Below, piece by piece: positions 38,088-51,100 of a stretch of DNA of 64,000 bases. A model generated the notes under the pieces. The model did not search any database. It saw nothing but the letters and a program-made list of their open reading frames with translations, and was not told where the DNA came from. A program made the translations under genes and the position numbers. This stretch comes from Gordius albopunctatus (Eukaryota). The DNA lies in the NCBI GenBank assembly GCA_964276515.1, contig OZ193910.1, positions 310,001-374,000 on the forward strand, read 5' to 3'. The first letter of the stretch is position 1. Each line of letters opens with the position of its first letter.

Positions 38088-39107
38088 TTAACATTTTCTG
38101 ACACTGAGGTAATCAACTATGATATCAGCTTTCCCAGTATTTACGAGACCCAAGTAATGTTCGCTCAGTGGGACGTTCTCTTTGATTGGTGGTATCTCTT
38201 GGATGCTCGTATAGTAGCGATAATTTGACAACATTCCGTCGACATTTCCACCTCCGCCATCTTTAATACCGACCACATTGGTGAAGAGTGAATACGCTTC
38301 TCCATAATCAATTAGGGTAAATCTGAACCGGTTTACAACTTCCGGTAATATGATATCATTCCGAACTTCTGCTTCCGTTTCTCCCGCAATCGATGCCGCC
38401 ATAGTGAATTTTCTATCACCGAGAGGGCTCACAGCTGCGCTCATATTGAGAGTCGTGGTGTATTCGGTGGATAGAGTCGTTTCGGGTTTGCCCCTACACG
38501 AGATGGCTTGTGGAAATAGGCGAATGAATACACCGGGTATATTGGAAAAAGATGGAGCCTGCTCTTGCGGATGAGGCAATTTGTGAATGGTGTTGGGATT
38601 TAGGTTGCCTCTGGATCGGAGAAATAAATCTGCGGAACATTCTTCCTTGAAGGGATTTGCAAAAGTAAACGAACCACAATATTTAATCGGTCCTTGTAAG
38701 GAGCCAACAAAACTTTCCTTAGTCACCGCCATCCCGAATGATTTGAGGGTCAACAAAGTACCACTCGCGTCAAAATCTCCTTCGAATCGTATGTTCCACG
38801 ACTCACGATCCAACTTTGGTTCAAATATCATATCCAGCGTCTCCCCAAACCCTGTCACATGACTAATCATCTGAACACAATCACGAGTTTCGTCCTCAGG
38901 TGGTGAGCATTTGACTGCAGACCATATAGGCTTCACATGACCATGACATGGGAGTGGGATGGGCGTCTTGAGCCTCCTATGATGTTGCATCACATGATCT
39001 CCTTCATAATTCTCAAACCTTTTAGGATTTGCGACGGGTGGACTCTCGCAAAAAGGTCTGTAATTGCGAAGGTACGATATGGGTACTTTCTCGTAATTAT
39101 AAGCCAT
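38088..39107 (-). CDS. Intronless protein of unknown function, 339 aa from the first ATG; predicted beta-rich C-terminal domain
   Basis: 1020-bp stop-free ORF, visibly GC-richer than its flanks; TATAAA at 39190-39185 and 39177-39172; AATAAA overlaps the stop codon; no TE motifs. Confidence 0.8.
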   Translation of the reverse strand: MAYNYEKVPISYLRNYRPFCESPPVANPKRFENYEGDHVMQHHRRLKTPIPLPCHGHVKPIWSAVKCSPPEDETRDCVQMISHVTGFGETLDMIFEPKLDRESWNIRFEGDFDASGTLLTLKSFGMAVTKESFVGSLQGPIKYCGSFTFANPFKEECSADLFLRSRGNLNPNTIHKLPHPQEQAPSFSNIPGVFIRLFPQAISCRGKPETTLSTEYTTTLNMSAAVSPLGDRKFTMAASIAGETEAEVRNDIILPEVVNRFRFTLIDYGEAYSLFTNVVGIKDGGGGNVDGMLSNYRYYTSIQEIPPIKENVPLSEHYLGLVNTGKADIIVDYLSVRKC

Positions 39108-39428
39108 TTTAGATAAATATGCAAGCGACAAATGTTACAAATTGGTCAAATTCTTGATTAACGCATAAATATTTATATTTAATATTTATAGTAATGCGCA
39201 TTGTTGCATACATTGTAATACAATATTAAAGCCTTTCTCAAATTGTTAGCTATACTGTACATCTGAATAGACATAATTTATAGTTTTATATTTAGACTAA
39301 CTATTAAGTGACATTTATATAATACATAAGAATTAGTTGATCTTCTTACATTCTTGCACAATTCTAAGCTAAGCTGTGTAATTCTGACAAAAAAGTGTTT
39401 ATCTTCTTTGTCAAAAACGCATCGTGAT

Positions 39429-40237
39429 TAGTGATGATCAAAACCTAGGTTTGTACAACCCAAACCTAAGGTTTGGGTTAAGGTTGGAAAAAGACCTTTA
39501 AGGTCTTTCAGATTCCCTAACCCAAAACTGGGGTGAAACCCCAAAAAGACCTTAAAAACCTTAAGGTCTTTTATACACCCAAACCTTAACCCGGGGTTGG
39601 GGTTAGGTTGAGCTGGGGCTAATGTTTTGAAGTATAGGCGTGAAATAAGAGTATATTATTTTTTAGATATTAATATATTTATTTTTTAATGAAGAAATGA
39701 ATTTTTTTTTAAATATTTTAATATATAATAAATAGAAAATGATTTTTTTATTATTCATTTAATTTCACAATATAATCTTGGGGTAAATTAATTAAAAAAT
39801 AATATTGGGTTTAATTACAAGCTAGATGGTGCTAAAACAATAACCCAATATTATTTTTTAATTAATTTACCCCAAGATTATATTATGAAATTAAATGAAT
39901 AATAATAAAAAAATCATTTTCTATTTATTATAAATTAAAATATTTAAAAAAAATTCATTTCTTCATTAAAAAATAAATATATTAATATCTAAAAAATAAT
40001 ATACTCTTATTTCACGCCTATACTTCAAAACATTAGCCCCAGGTCAACCTAACCCCAACCCCGGGTTAAGGTTTGGGTGTATAAAAGACCTTAAGGTTTT
40101 TAAGGTCTTTTTGGGGTTCCACCCCAGTTTTGGGTTAGGGAATCTGAAAGACCTTAAAGGTCTTTTTCCAACCTTAACCCAAAACCCACCTCGGGTTTGA
40201 CCTCGGGAAAACCCAACCTAGGTTATGATCACCACTA
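39429..40237. mobile_element. Foldback (palindromic) hAT-type MITE (family C), 809 bp
   Basis: TIRs TAGTGATGATCAAAACCTAGGTT / AACCTAGGTTATGATCACCACTA; 8-bp TSD ATCGTGAT (39421-39428, 40238-40245); arms about 39473-39811 and 39842-40183 are near-perfect reverse complements. Confidence 0.95.
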
Positions 40238-40999
40238 ATCGTGATCTTTGCATATTTGGTTTTAGGAATATAACGTCTTATATCAACAACTAGATTGTGT
40301 TCAAGGCTTTAAATTTAAATTTCCTTTGCGGATTTAATTTAAATACTATTTAGAAAAAATAATCCATCCTATTAGATAATTACAAATATCATAATTTATT
40401 ATTTTTGTAAATATGAATTTACTGAATATATTCTATAAAGAATTAATTTTTAAATATTTGCTAAATTTACATTAAAATTTTAACCAATTAAACCTTTTAA
40501 TGTTACTCAGATTATAATATTGGTGAAGGTTATTGAATTGTTTATATTTTTTATTCCACAGCTTGTGTTATTTAAATTTGGCATAGAAATCTAAAACAAC
40601 AAAACACCTTAGCCATTCTTTAATAACTACTTTTCTTTAAACAAAAATGAAACTAAGAAGATGATATTTATATGCAAATAGTGCAACCTAAAGCAAGATG
40701 ACTTAAATTTCAGCTCCTATAAATACCACTTATATATGGAAGCACATAAAAGTAATTATATTATCTTTGGAAATTAATTTTCAAAGAATACATCCCCATA
40801 AATATGATAAAATCAAAGATGACAAACTAACACGGAGGCAGCAAACAAAATGACTTTGTCAACTAGTACATGTAGTAGAGTTATAGTCGATAATGCCTTA
40901 CTAACCTCACTATCTTTTTTATCAAGTCAATAGCAAATGATAACAGCATAGACTAGATAGACTGCTCATGTCATATGCTACATATAATTTTTTCCTTTT

Positions 41000-41520
41000 T
41001 TTAAATAATTAATATATTTATTAATTGGTATAAAATTTTTTTACATACACGACTAAAAAATATTAAAAACGCGTTATAACTAAACGGATGGCATTGATAC
41101 GTGTATGGAAATCGTGTTGGATATAACGATTTCCATTGTGATCTTTTGCCTGATAAAAAAGTATTCTTTGGGATCGTGTGTAATGGAGGTTACATATTTT
41201 GAAATTTGTTTTAGGAATTGGCTGCCCTCGGGACCTAAGTTACCGAGGGTCGTGGCTACCACTGGTACGAAAATGATATTGTTTAGCTATTTGTATTTAT
41301 CTTCTTTCTTTCTCTCAGTGGAAGAGATGAGGTCGGGAGAGGCGTTGGATCTGGCAAATATATCAACTGTAGTGAAGTCCCAACAGGCGTTTAGGCCACG
41401 AGCCCACGGGATGATCGTTAAACCGTCGGGTCTTTTACCATCAGTGGAGTTTAGGCCACTGGGTTCAATTGGGTTGGGAAAGCCGGCTTTCTTTAAAAAT
41501 TTAATTATAATTATTTGTTT
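41000..41520 (-). mobile_element. CRE-clade retrotransposon 3' (endonuclease) fragment
   Basis: IEPSGL..DGKRPDGLTIIPWARG..CWDFTTVD..ERKKEDKY..FVPVVATTLGNLG; one in-frame stop. Confidence 0.88.
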
Positions 41521-41559
41521 CTGAATAAAACTTTTAATTCTGAACTTAATAATGTCCGA

Positions 41560-42116
41560 AGAACTGAGATATATCAACATTTATTGGCACTTTGTTAAAA
41601 GTATTTTCATTTTTCTCCTTATTTAACGCGCAAAAAATGATAAAATGAGATTTTTTAATTTATTTAGCCACTCAGGAGGGGACACGACCGTCCTATAATA
41701 ATAATTGACGTGAAAAATAAGAAAAAAAAATGACTTTGATTTAATGTTTCAAATCGTAAAAAGTTTCCATTTTCGGCAGCACATGCCTACATTTACCACA
41801 CTACACTACCTACACGCATGAAAATACTATAAGTGATACACTTTTATTAAAGAACTGTATATTCAAATTTTCAAATAACACGATAGATACGCAGTACGTC
41901 ATGAGGTTGCGTTTGATTGACATTTTATTAAACCTATAAAACCGGGAAATGTCCGATATTTTTAAAACTTAAAGGAATTTTAGGAATCTGAAAAAACTAT
42001 TTTACCCCTGGCCGCCCTGGGAACCTACGGGTAAAGTTTCACGCGAATCGGGCCGGTAGTTTCAGAATTTAGCCCTTATCCACATACATACATACACTTT
42101 ACTTTATATAGATAGA
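41560..42116 (-). mobile_element. Non-autonomous Helitron 5' portion
   Basis: A|TCTATCTATATAAAG start followed by (GTAT)n on the - strand; 41590-41932 is the reverse complement of about 4970-5315. No 3' CTAG end identified. Confidence 0.75.
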
Positions 42117-45100
42117 TAAATGCCGCTCAACTCAGTAGGGTATTCAACCCAAAGTGGAATTCTAAATAAATACATATTCAGGAGATTATGATAATTGGAC
42201 CCCAATTTCAATGCCAAATTTGCTCATGATGTTGAAGCCATTTAGTTCACAGCGCAGGGATAATTTCTTACCCGGTACTCTTGCTAATTTACAGTGCGGG
42301 GTTCCTTTAAATTAGTTAACTCAGCAAGTCCCATTTGCCAAAAACAACCCATTTTTCCATAGCCCATGAATTGGTTCAACAGTTGGCACTAGCCTTTCCC
42401 ATAATCCACTTTGCTAGGTCCTCACCCTCAAACACTCCATAATTTCCCTACTGACGTCTTCCACTCCGTCTCATCTTCTTACAGCCCCCCCCCACCAAGC
42501 TGCTCAAACTAATTATGAGTTGGATCGACAATGGACACCTTTACTTTGAGCAGACCGGCACCTGCGGCTTATCAATGAAAGGGATGGGTGTGGTATCCAT
42601 GTGGTATTCCAAAACGATTTTAATTATCGCGAGTTATACTAAGATCTTTTGAATGATATGTAACGTAGAAAGGGTTTTAGAATGGTTCAGGAACCCATGT
42701 CATAAAAACGAATAGGTCAAAGAAAGGCACTTTTACCGCGGGTTATCATACACGTGGAGGTGGCTAAATTTATCGACGCCATTTTTTAAATTACCTTTTC
42801 TTGTACGCTATTTACATCTGCTATTAATCCCTCAGCCCTGTCCAAAGATTTCCATTACTGATCGTTCAATCAAGCTAATCAACCAGGGGGAAAAACAAGG
42901 GGTATAAAAACAAAATCCCTTAATAAAATTTAATTATTGAACTTTCGCCCCATTGCGAACTCCTACTTTCGTAAAATCCCCATTATTTGTAAATTCGTAT
43001 ACATTATTTGTAATTGTGGAATAATCTTTCTTTTTTGTAAATATATATTATTTGTGATTGCGGAATAAATAAAGTTGGCTGTTTTGTAAAATATAAATAA
43101 GCATTTAATTTGTTCCCAGTTTTCCTATTTTAATGACGTGGTCCCCTTTGGGTCTTCCTTACACATATTGATTGTATACAACACCACGCTCCCCCCCCCC
43201 ACATTTCTTAAATTCTGAATTAACAGATAATATACACGTTGTTAGGTGGAAAGGTTGCATTCATTAAATGAGTAGAGGGGAATGGAAATCTATACTTGGC
43301 GCCACAGGAGCCAATCTCCAGAAAACAAAATAGAAATTAGAGCTTTCCATTTTCCGTAATTTCTCCAATATAATTTATTTTGCTTCCTCAAGATGGGTCT
43401 TCAACCCTCCTCCATTGTATGATTGCACAAAATCTTAATACTCATTCATCTTACTAAAATAAATCTCTTGAACGTTAAAAAATCTCTCCATCACAAATAC
43501 ATCTTTACTCTTCATCTTAACACAGACATATTTTTATGTTCTAATAAGCATATTTATCAAAACATATATACAAAAATTCTTAAATATAAAAATTACGGTG
43601 ATATCTGGGGTAGCGGACTTTATTTCAGCCTCGAAGTAAGCTTAACAGTCTTAAAGCAGTTTAATGAGGATCAGAGGTCATATTTGTTAAAATTTTTCTT
43701 CCCGAACCCGGCCCGATCCAAATTTTTAACTAAATTGTCCGCCTGAACCCTTCTAAGTGTCCGCTCGGCCATGCCCGAACCATCAATGCTGCCCGGCCGG
43801 ATTAATAAAATTTTAAATCTAATTAAGAGTTAAGATCAAGCACGATATTTTATATAATAAAAAGATTTATAAATATAAAGCTTAAAAACCAATAGACAGG
43901 TACAGCATTTGCATAAACTTGGAACGGATAAATCAAATTTCCTAAATTAATGCAAAAAAAAATTCCCAGAGTTTTTTGAAAATATTGTATCATCGCTGGC
44001 AAAACCAATCAATCATAGGTCACGCAATTTTAATTGATAAATAAAAAATTATTTAAATTAGTATTACTTACTTTTAGAATAAAATCTTTTATTTGAAGCA
44101 AAAAAAGAATGGTTGTGAATTATATATGTATTATAAAAATAAGGAGGAATCAAAAAGGCTGAACGAAATTTTATTTGTTACAAAAAATGAGTGAAAATGG
44201 CATGACGCGGCCTCTGTTTTGAGCCTAGACGGCACACATGTGTATTGCGAACAATGAAATGATGGCTACATATAAATATAAATAATTCAATCCTCTATAA
44301 ACGTAGCTAGGGATCTGAAAGAAATGGAGTGGGGCAAAGATTTAACACGGGGGTGGCAGCATTCGCGGACGCGATATACAATCTAATAAAAAAGTAACAA
44401 GATAATTTACTAGGATTTATGCCCGAATTGCCCGATTCTTATCAGCGTGTCCGCCCGGGCCCGCCCGAAAATTAAAATTCGGGCATTTTTGGTGTCTGAT
44501 GAGGACTGCTACCTAGGGCGGCCTCTTAACTCTCAAAAAAGAAATATTTGGCCATGACCTTTTACGAAGCTCATAACAAAATCCGAATTAATTTTCAATA
44601 TTTGTTTCTAGTTTTCATAGACAAAAATCATGGTAGACTGGATAACACCTAATTATCATTAAATTTTATTAAGCAGCTAAGAGGTAATTTTAAATCAGAA
44701 TTTTAATTACTTTTAGAACTTAAAGAATATATATTATAGACGGCGCTGATATAACCTATAGAGATATTACATATTTAACATATAGTAGCTATTATTTTTA
44801 AAATTCATGTGAAATAGCTTGTATTTCATATAAACTGTGTTCTTATTTTAATATACAAGTCCAAATATGTTCGAATTAAGGTCTAGCTACTATAAATTTG
44901 TCGTAGAATATTGTGTTCTATTATTAAAAAGTTTTAATTTGACTTTCAAGTCTGTTTATTTTCTCCAAAACTTTCCTAAATTTAATTTTTAATCCAACAT
45001 ATTATATCCTCAAATTACAATATTTACTCTAAAATCATTCTAAAAGGTATGTAAGTTTCTATGAATTTTCACGTTCTTTACAAATTTAGGTTTTTATAAT

Positions 45101-48100
45101 ATGAAGTTGCAAAGTAATGACATTCAAAGTACTTTGTCATCCTCCTTGGATTTGATTGAAAAATGTTTTGCCGAAAATGAAGAAAAGCAATTCAAGATCA
45201 GAGATAGTTTGAGACTTTTAGAAAGCAAACGACTAATCTCCAAAAAGGCTATCGATGATACATTTAGAAAGTAAGGATATTATTTATTTATTGATTTAAA
45301 TTTTTTATAAGACTTTTAAAGATTGAAGATGATCTGATTCGAGATCTCAACGAGGCTATCGATTCAAAAGGAAAAGCACTAAGGCTGTCTCTACACAATT
45401 TAGAAGTGATCAGTGATGCGATAAAAGAAAAGAGGGATCATATAAATAATCTCATGAAAGGAAAAATTGTAATTTATTTCAAGTTACTATTAATGATAGA
45501 TTAAATTTTACAAAAATTTGTGAAACTTATTTATATTTTTAAAAATTATAACATATTTTTTTAAAAAGAACGAGGATCTGGACGATAACATTGAAAACAT
45601 TCATAGATCAATCCTAGAAATTTCTTTCAAAGCCAACGAACACAATGGACCAGTGGATATTTTGGAATTTGTTAGGTCGGAAAAATTTGAAAAAGTTTAT
45701 CAAAAGGAAAGTATTGGATACATCAGACAACTCGCCACATTGCCAGAAGATTTGTATTTCGTCAAGCAAGGAGACATAGTAAACATTTTAAAATATAGCC
45801 CGAGTTTTTTCATGATTTATAATAACCGGTAGCTATTTGATTTAATTTTCCTAATAGCCAATTCTTACAAATTGTTTTAATTGAAAATCTCATTTATTTT
45901 TTGCAAAACTCGTCCAGTTCTTTATTGTTTATTTAACAACTTTAATTATGTATGACATAGTTGGATTTGAGAATTTTTATTAATAAAATACAAGTATGTT
46001 TTAGATTAAACAGTAATAAACAAACACTTTTTGATAAGGGATTAGTTGTTTTGCGTTCCATTATATGTGCACGTAGTTCATTATCAAGAATATAATTAAG
46101 TTAAGTTTTTAGGTCTTTTACGCACTTTTGCCCTAATCTTATATAACTAGCTGACGGATGTCGATACCTTATGCGGCTTGGAGTTAGTGTGTAAACAGGA
46201 TTGTCCCGAACTGAGGGACCATTTAAAATGCCTAGTGGAGGATTCGGAGAGGAAACAAGTGGCTTACACGTTTAAGCACACAGCTGATGGCAGGTAATGG
46301 GTCGATTGCAAGAAACCTTGTCTAAATATTTTAATTAATTTTCAATATCGGATCCATCTATCTTAAAATTACGAATATTTCCTGCTTCCTTCAATGGCAG
46401 CACATATATGATGTTTATATTCATAAATAAATATGTAGATAGCTTGGCCGTTTGTTTTGTTTTATATTCACACGTCAACCCTTAATCAAAATCATTACTA
46501 TATTTAAGAAACTTGATTTTTATTTTACTAAAAGGCATTGTCAGACATAATGCCTTTTAACTTCCCTGTTTTCACAAGTTCAAATGTGTACCATCTAAAA
46601 GTGTTTCATTAAAAACACCGCATCCTCTTAGATACGTAGTTCAATTTGTGCCCTTGAAGTTGGGCTACTATACGGTCAGCGTGACGCTATATGGTCAAGC
46701 TGTGACTGGAAGCCCTTTGCTGATTTATGCAACACCCCCGGCCCGTAGGAGTGGGTCGAGATATGGGAAACTTCAAAATGGAGGCGGCTCTCTCATGTAC
46801 GGAACTCCCTCATTCGAGGGAAATATACCCAGCATGACAACCAACAACGGTACTACTTATTACGAAGCCCCCAGGAGATTCAACAAGGTGAAACACATGG
46901 AATATAAGGACTTTAAAAGTTCTCATAGATTACACTTTAAGGAGATTGTTTTTAATAAGCTTTTTACTGTATTTTTTTCCAAAGTGTTTAGCTATTTAAT
47001 AGTAGCTAAAAAGTGTAAATAACCCTTTTAACGAGCGATGCCTTAACCAAACTGTCAAGTGTACTATATTTTAGTTTGAAACTATCGATTAAATAATTAG
47101 TGGGGGATGATAGATCCAAAAATGTATAAACATAGTGCCAATTATTCAAGTATTATAACATAATTTCATTTTTTAGTTGTCAGCAGTTTTACACCGTAAA
47201 CGCGAAGAGTAGCGATTTGATAAGTGAAACCTTTTTCCTCAAACGAAGGTGAAATTTAGGGCAATTTGATGAAGTATGATTTGTCAAATTTAAAATAAAG
47301 AAGCTATAGTTCAATTTTTTGATTTATTGATGTGATTTGGCTAAAAATAATGATCTACACTATGTGAGGTAATATGAAGCTTTTCTCAATCTTAATATTA
47401 AACTTATTAAATATTGTAAAAATTGGAGTTACATAGGGGCAAGGAAAATGCTCAACCTTGAACTGAGGAGCCCTAAATGATCACTGTGATCTTGATACTA
47501 TCTTGTCATTATTTACTCAATCGGCTTTGCTCAAACAGTGCGCTTACCTCCAGATAATTGTATTTATTTATAGATTCTTACAGTTTTGGGCTAGATCGTC
47601 TTTAAGGCTTTGTAAAAACAAATTTATTTCTATTGAACAATAAATGGATAGCAAAGTGCAATTAATAGCCTATAATAAGAGCTGTCAAAGTTACTTTTCT
47701 ATAGTAAGACAGTTCCAGTTACTCACGTACAGGAAGTAGATACATTTAGGTTACTCAACAAACCTTTTCCGCGATTTAATTAAACAATATTTTGAATGAC
47801 ACATTTGCATTTACTATCAAGATTACAATTAATACTGGATGAAAGATTTTGTTTATGTTAACTGCCCACTAACTTATTTTTCCTATTTGTAAGATACATT
47901 CTTTTAAAAACAACCAGATTAATCCTCAAAGTGCATATAATTACTTTTATAGCCCAGTAAAATTTAGGGGAGCTGATATCAAAAAACAAGAAATTAATCA
48001 TTATGCAGATAGAGCAGCTTTATTCTACAATTCAAGTTAAAAAAGTTAAAAATTACGATTAATAACGATCATCCATTAAATATTTATATGTTTTTATTTA

Positions 48101-51100
48101 AAGTAAATCGCACTGGGTCGGGTCACAAATAAAAAAAGCATTTGGGGCTCGTGTAAATTAAGAAATATAACGTCGGACTCGGGCCAAAGAAAATCCATTT
48201 TGTGGGGACACTATTATTGCAAAATCTAAATTCCAAACACGACTAGTAATGGTAATATTTAAAATAAATGCTGACCAAGGTGACTTATAATATAACTAAA
48301 AAATTTCTCATCTCGATCAATGTTCTAAATAAATAGATGGATATTAATGTAATTGATTTTAGACGAACTTTACTAGTTTGTTCAAAACCTTAGCACATAA
48401 ACGGTTTACGCTGTAGTAGATTTATCGAATGCAAAAATATTCAAATATAATATAAATAAAAAAGAATAACAGTCACACATTTATTTTGCCAAAGTGAATG
48501 TAAAAGCGAACAACGCAAATTATAAAATTGAGGCTGGTATTCAAATTTATTAATGATTTTATAGGAGGTAACTGTAACTTTATTGAGCACTTACCAAATT
48601 AATGTAACCAACTACAGTTACAGTTCCTCTGCAATAAGAATAACTAATAATTACTTGTAACTAGACAGCTCTACTTATAAGTTTAAAGTAACGTTTAATT
48701 TGGCCTAGATTTTATTTGATCATATGTTTATGCTTAGTCTTTATAACTCGTTGATAAACGAAAACTTATACTCTTAAAAGAGACTTTATTAGGCTTGGTG
48801 TATCATCATTCGATTAAGACTTTGACTCAATCCTAAGCCAACGAATGTAACTTTTTATTCAGGGATCTATGCAAGCCATGTCGGATTATAGAATATCTAA
48901 GAGCTACACAGCAATGGATGAAAAGATGGTTGGTGTCGATATGATGGTGAAGGATAAGCATTTGTTCTCCAGTGGGAGTGCCAGTCTAGCAACGAGCGGG
49001 AGTAGCAACTCTAGCAGCGCCACCCAAATTATAAGCAAATTTAAGATTTCTACCGAACCCAGAATAACTTATTCTAAGGAGTTCCTAATTTACTGCGCCA
49101 GTCTTCCCGTCACTCAGGTCATGAAGGAGGAACTTAAGAAGCACCGAATCATACTGAAAGACTTATGCAAAGGTGTAGCGGTAAGATAGTTGCCAAAAGT
49201 CTCTAATTGAGCATAAGCTAATTAATACATTGAGATGACAAATCAAATATCTTTTATTATTACTTGTTTGATTGCATAAAATGCTTACGCTATAATATAA
49301 AAATATGACTTAATATAACTTGAACTTTTAGAGATGATGACTTTATGTTATAGTTTAAGATTGGCTCCATTTTTATAAGCCTTTAATAAATTGTTCCCAT
49401 TTAAGGGTTAAAAAAGTACTGGTGCGAGTCTATTATAAGTTTACACATGTTTTTTTTTTACCAAACACGCTCGGGAATTTTTATTTTTCCATTCATTGAG
49501 GTTTGCTAGCTTAAAACTAGGCCCTGACGTCAGTGTTAAATTTCAATTTAGTTTACAACATTTGGTGCTGCTGATGCTCTTTTAATACTTTAATCCATTC
49601 TCATAGTTAGAGTTGTTAAGTAGTGCAATTTCAAGCTATTACCTAAGCTATAATCTATCTAGTCATATTCGTGCAAGATTACATCTAGCAATTTTCTATA
49701 CGAATTGCCTATAGAAAATCCACGTATGTTTTGTGTTTTTTCATGTTAAGATTAAAATATCTACTAAATCCTTCATGTTTGTGTCATTGTAGACTAATGC
49801 AAACGGTGTGCGTCAAGGTTATAAAGAGTACGTAGGTCCTTTGGAACCACATGTATCACCCAGCACTGCTGCTAAGAAACATATCGAGAGAATGGATTGC
49901 GGGGACTCTTGTGATAAAACTGCTCTCCCTTGCAACTCTATCAATGCTCGAGATATTGGTGAATAAAATTCAGATTCTAATATGCACCAATCTATTAAAC
50001 TAAACTTTTTTAATGAAACTAAAGTCTAATTTAATTATTTATAATGAATCCCGATCATATATTTCTTTGTATAAAGAACTACCTGTACCACCCTTTTATT
50101 CAGATGAACTTTGTTCTTTCGCACTTCTAACATACGCAAGCAAGGAGAATAGAGTTTAGAATATAAAAATTCATAAAGAAAATAATTCAACTCTATTTTT
50201 TTATAGAGTAAACATCTTGTTTGATATTTTGCGTTTCTCTTATTTTAATTTTCATGGTTTAAGGTAAGAATCTCTTAACTATTTAATATAACTTTTTCAC
50301 GATGTACTTAAAAGGTTTGTTTTTAAGATCAAATTGTTTTAGGTATTCTACTAATTTAAATGTAACCTTTGCAAATAATAAAAATACAAGAAAATGCTTT
50401 GCTCTTTTGTAGTTTATTACGCAACTAATTAAATAAAAAAAAACTATGCCCAAGTTTAGCATTTTTTAAATTCCACATTAAATTTATATTTCTATCGTTT
50501 TGGGGGATAAAAGAGCACAAGAGAAATCTTGGATCTAAGGCGACCAATGGAAGCAATATGACGACTGGGCGTGTTGAAGAGCAAGAGGATGACAACGCTA
50601 TAATAGGCGCTAAGCTGAGAGCCTTGATGGAAGGCCAAAACAAGCAGGAGATTTCTACGGAACGTGCTGGAGGATATTCACTATCGGTAAGTTATTTTTA
50701 CATTCGCTTGAGGAGTTTTTTTTAATTTTGTAGATGAGCTGTTTGACTTGCGAATTTCGGGAAATTGACTTGCAAACATAGTGATTGAGATAGTAAACGA
50801 AAAGCAGGTTTTGGTTGTTATAAGCTTTTATCCCATATTTTAACACATGACAATAGAAAAAAGGAACATGTTGTTAACACTGTTGACAAATTTATAAAGT
50901 TACCAATCTATTTTCTGATTACCAATAAGGAATAAATGACACTTAAAATTGAGAAAAAAGCTACACATTTATTACCTCGTAGAAGAGACACTCCGATGAA
51001 AATTGTAAAAGAAATCGATCTTCGGTCACGAGTGAAATTGGAAGACCCAGCTCGGTTCACTCCGTGATTTCAACCAACGAACCTTTACAAGGCTCACAGA

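Noticed and set aside
38350..38862. Plus-strand ORFs overlapping the orphan gene
   Set aside because: Antisense shadows of a GC-richer coding sequence; no independent signals.
42200..43080. Possible decayed CR1/L2 LINE (KFAHDV, NWFNSW)
   Set aside because: Only two eroded motifs; a colinear RT could not be built by eye.
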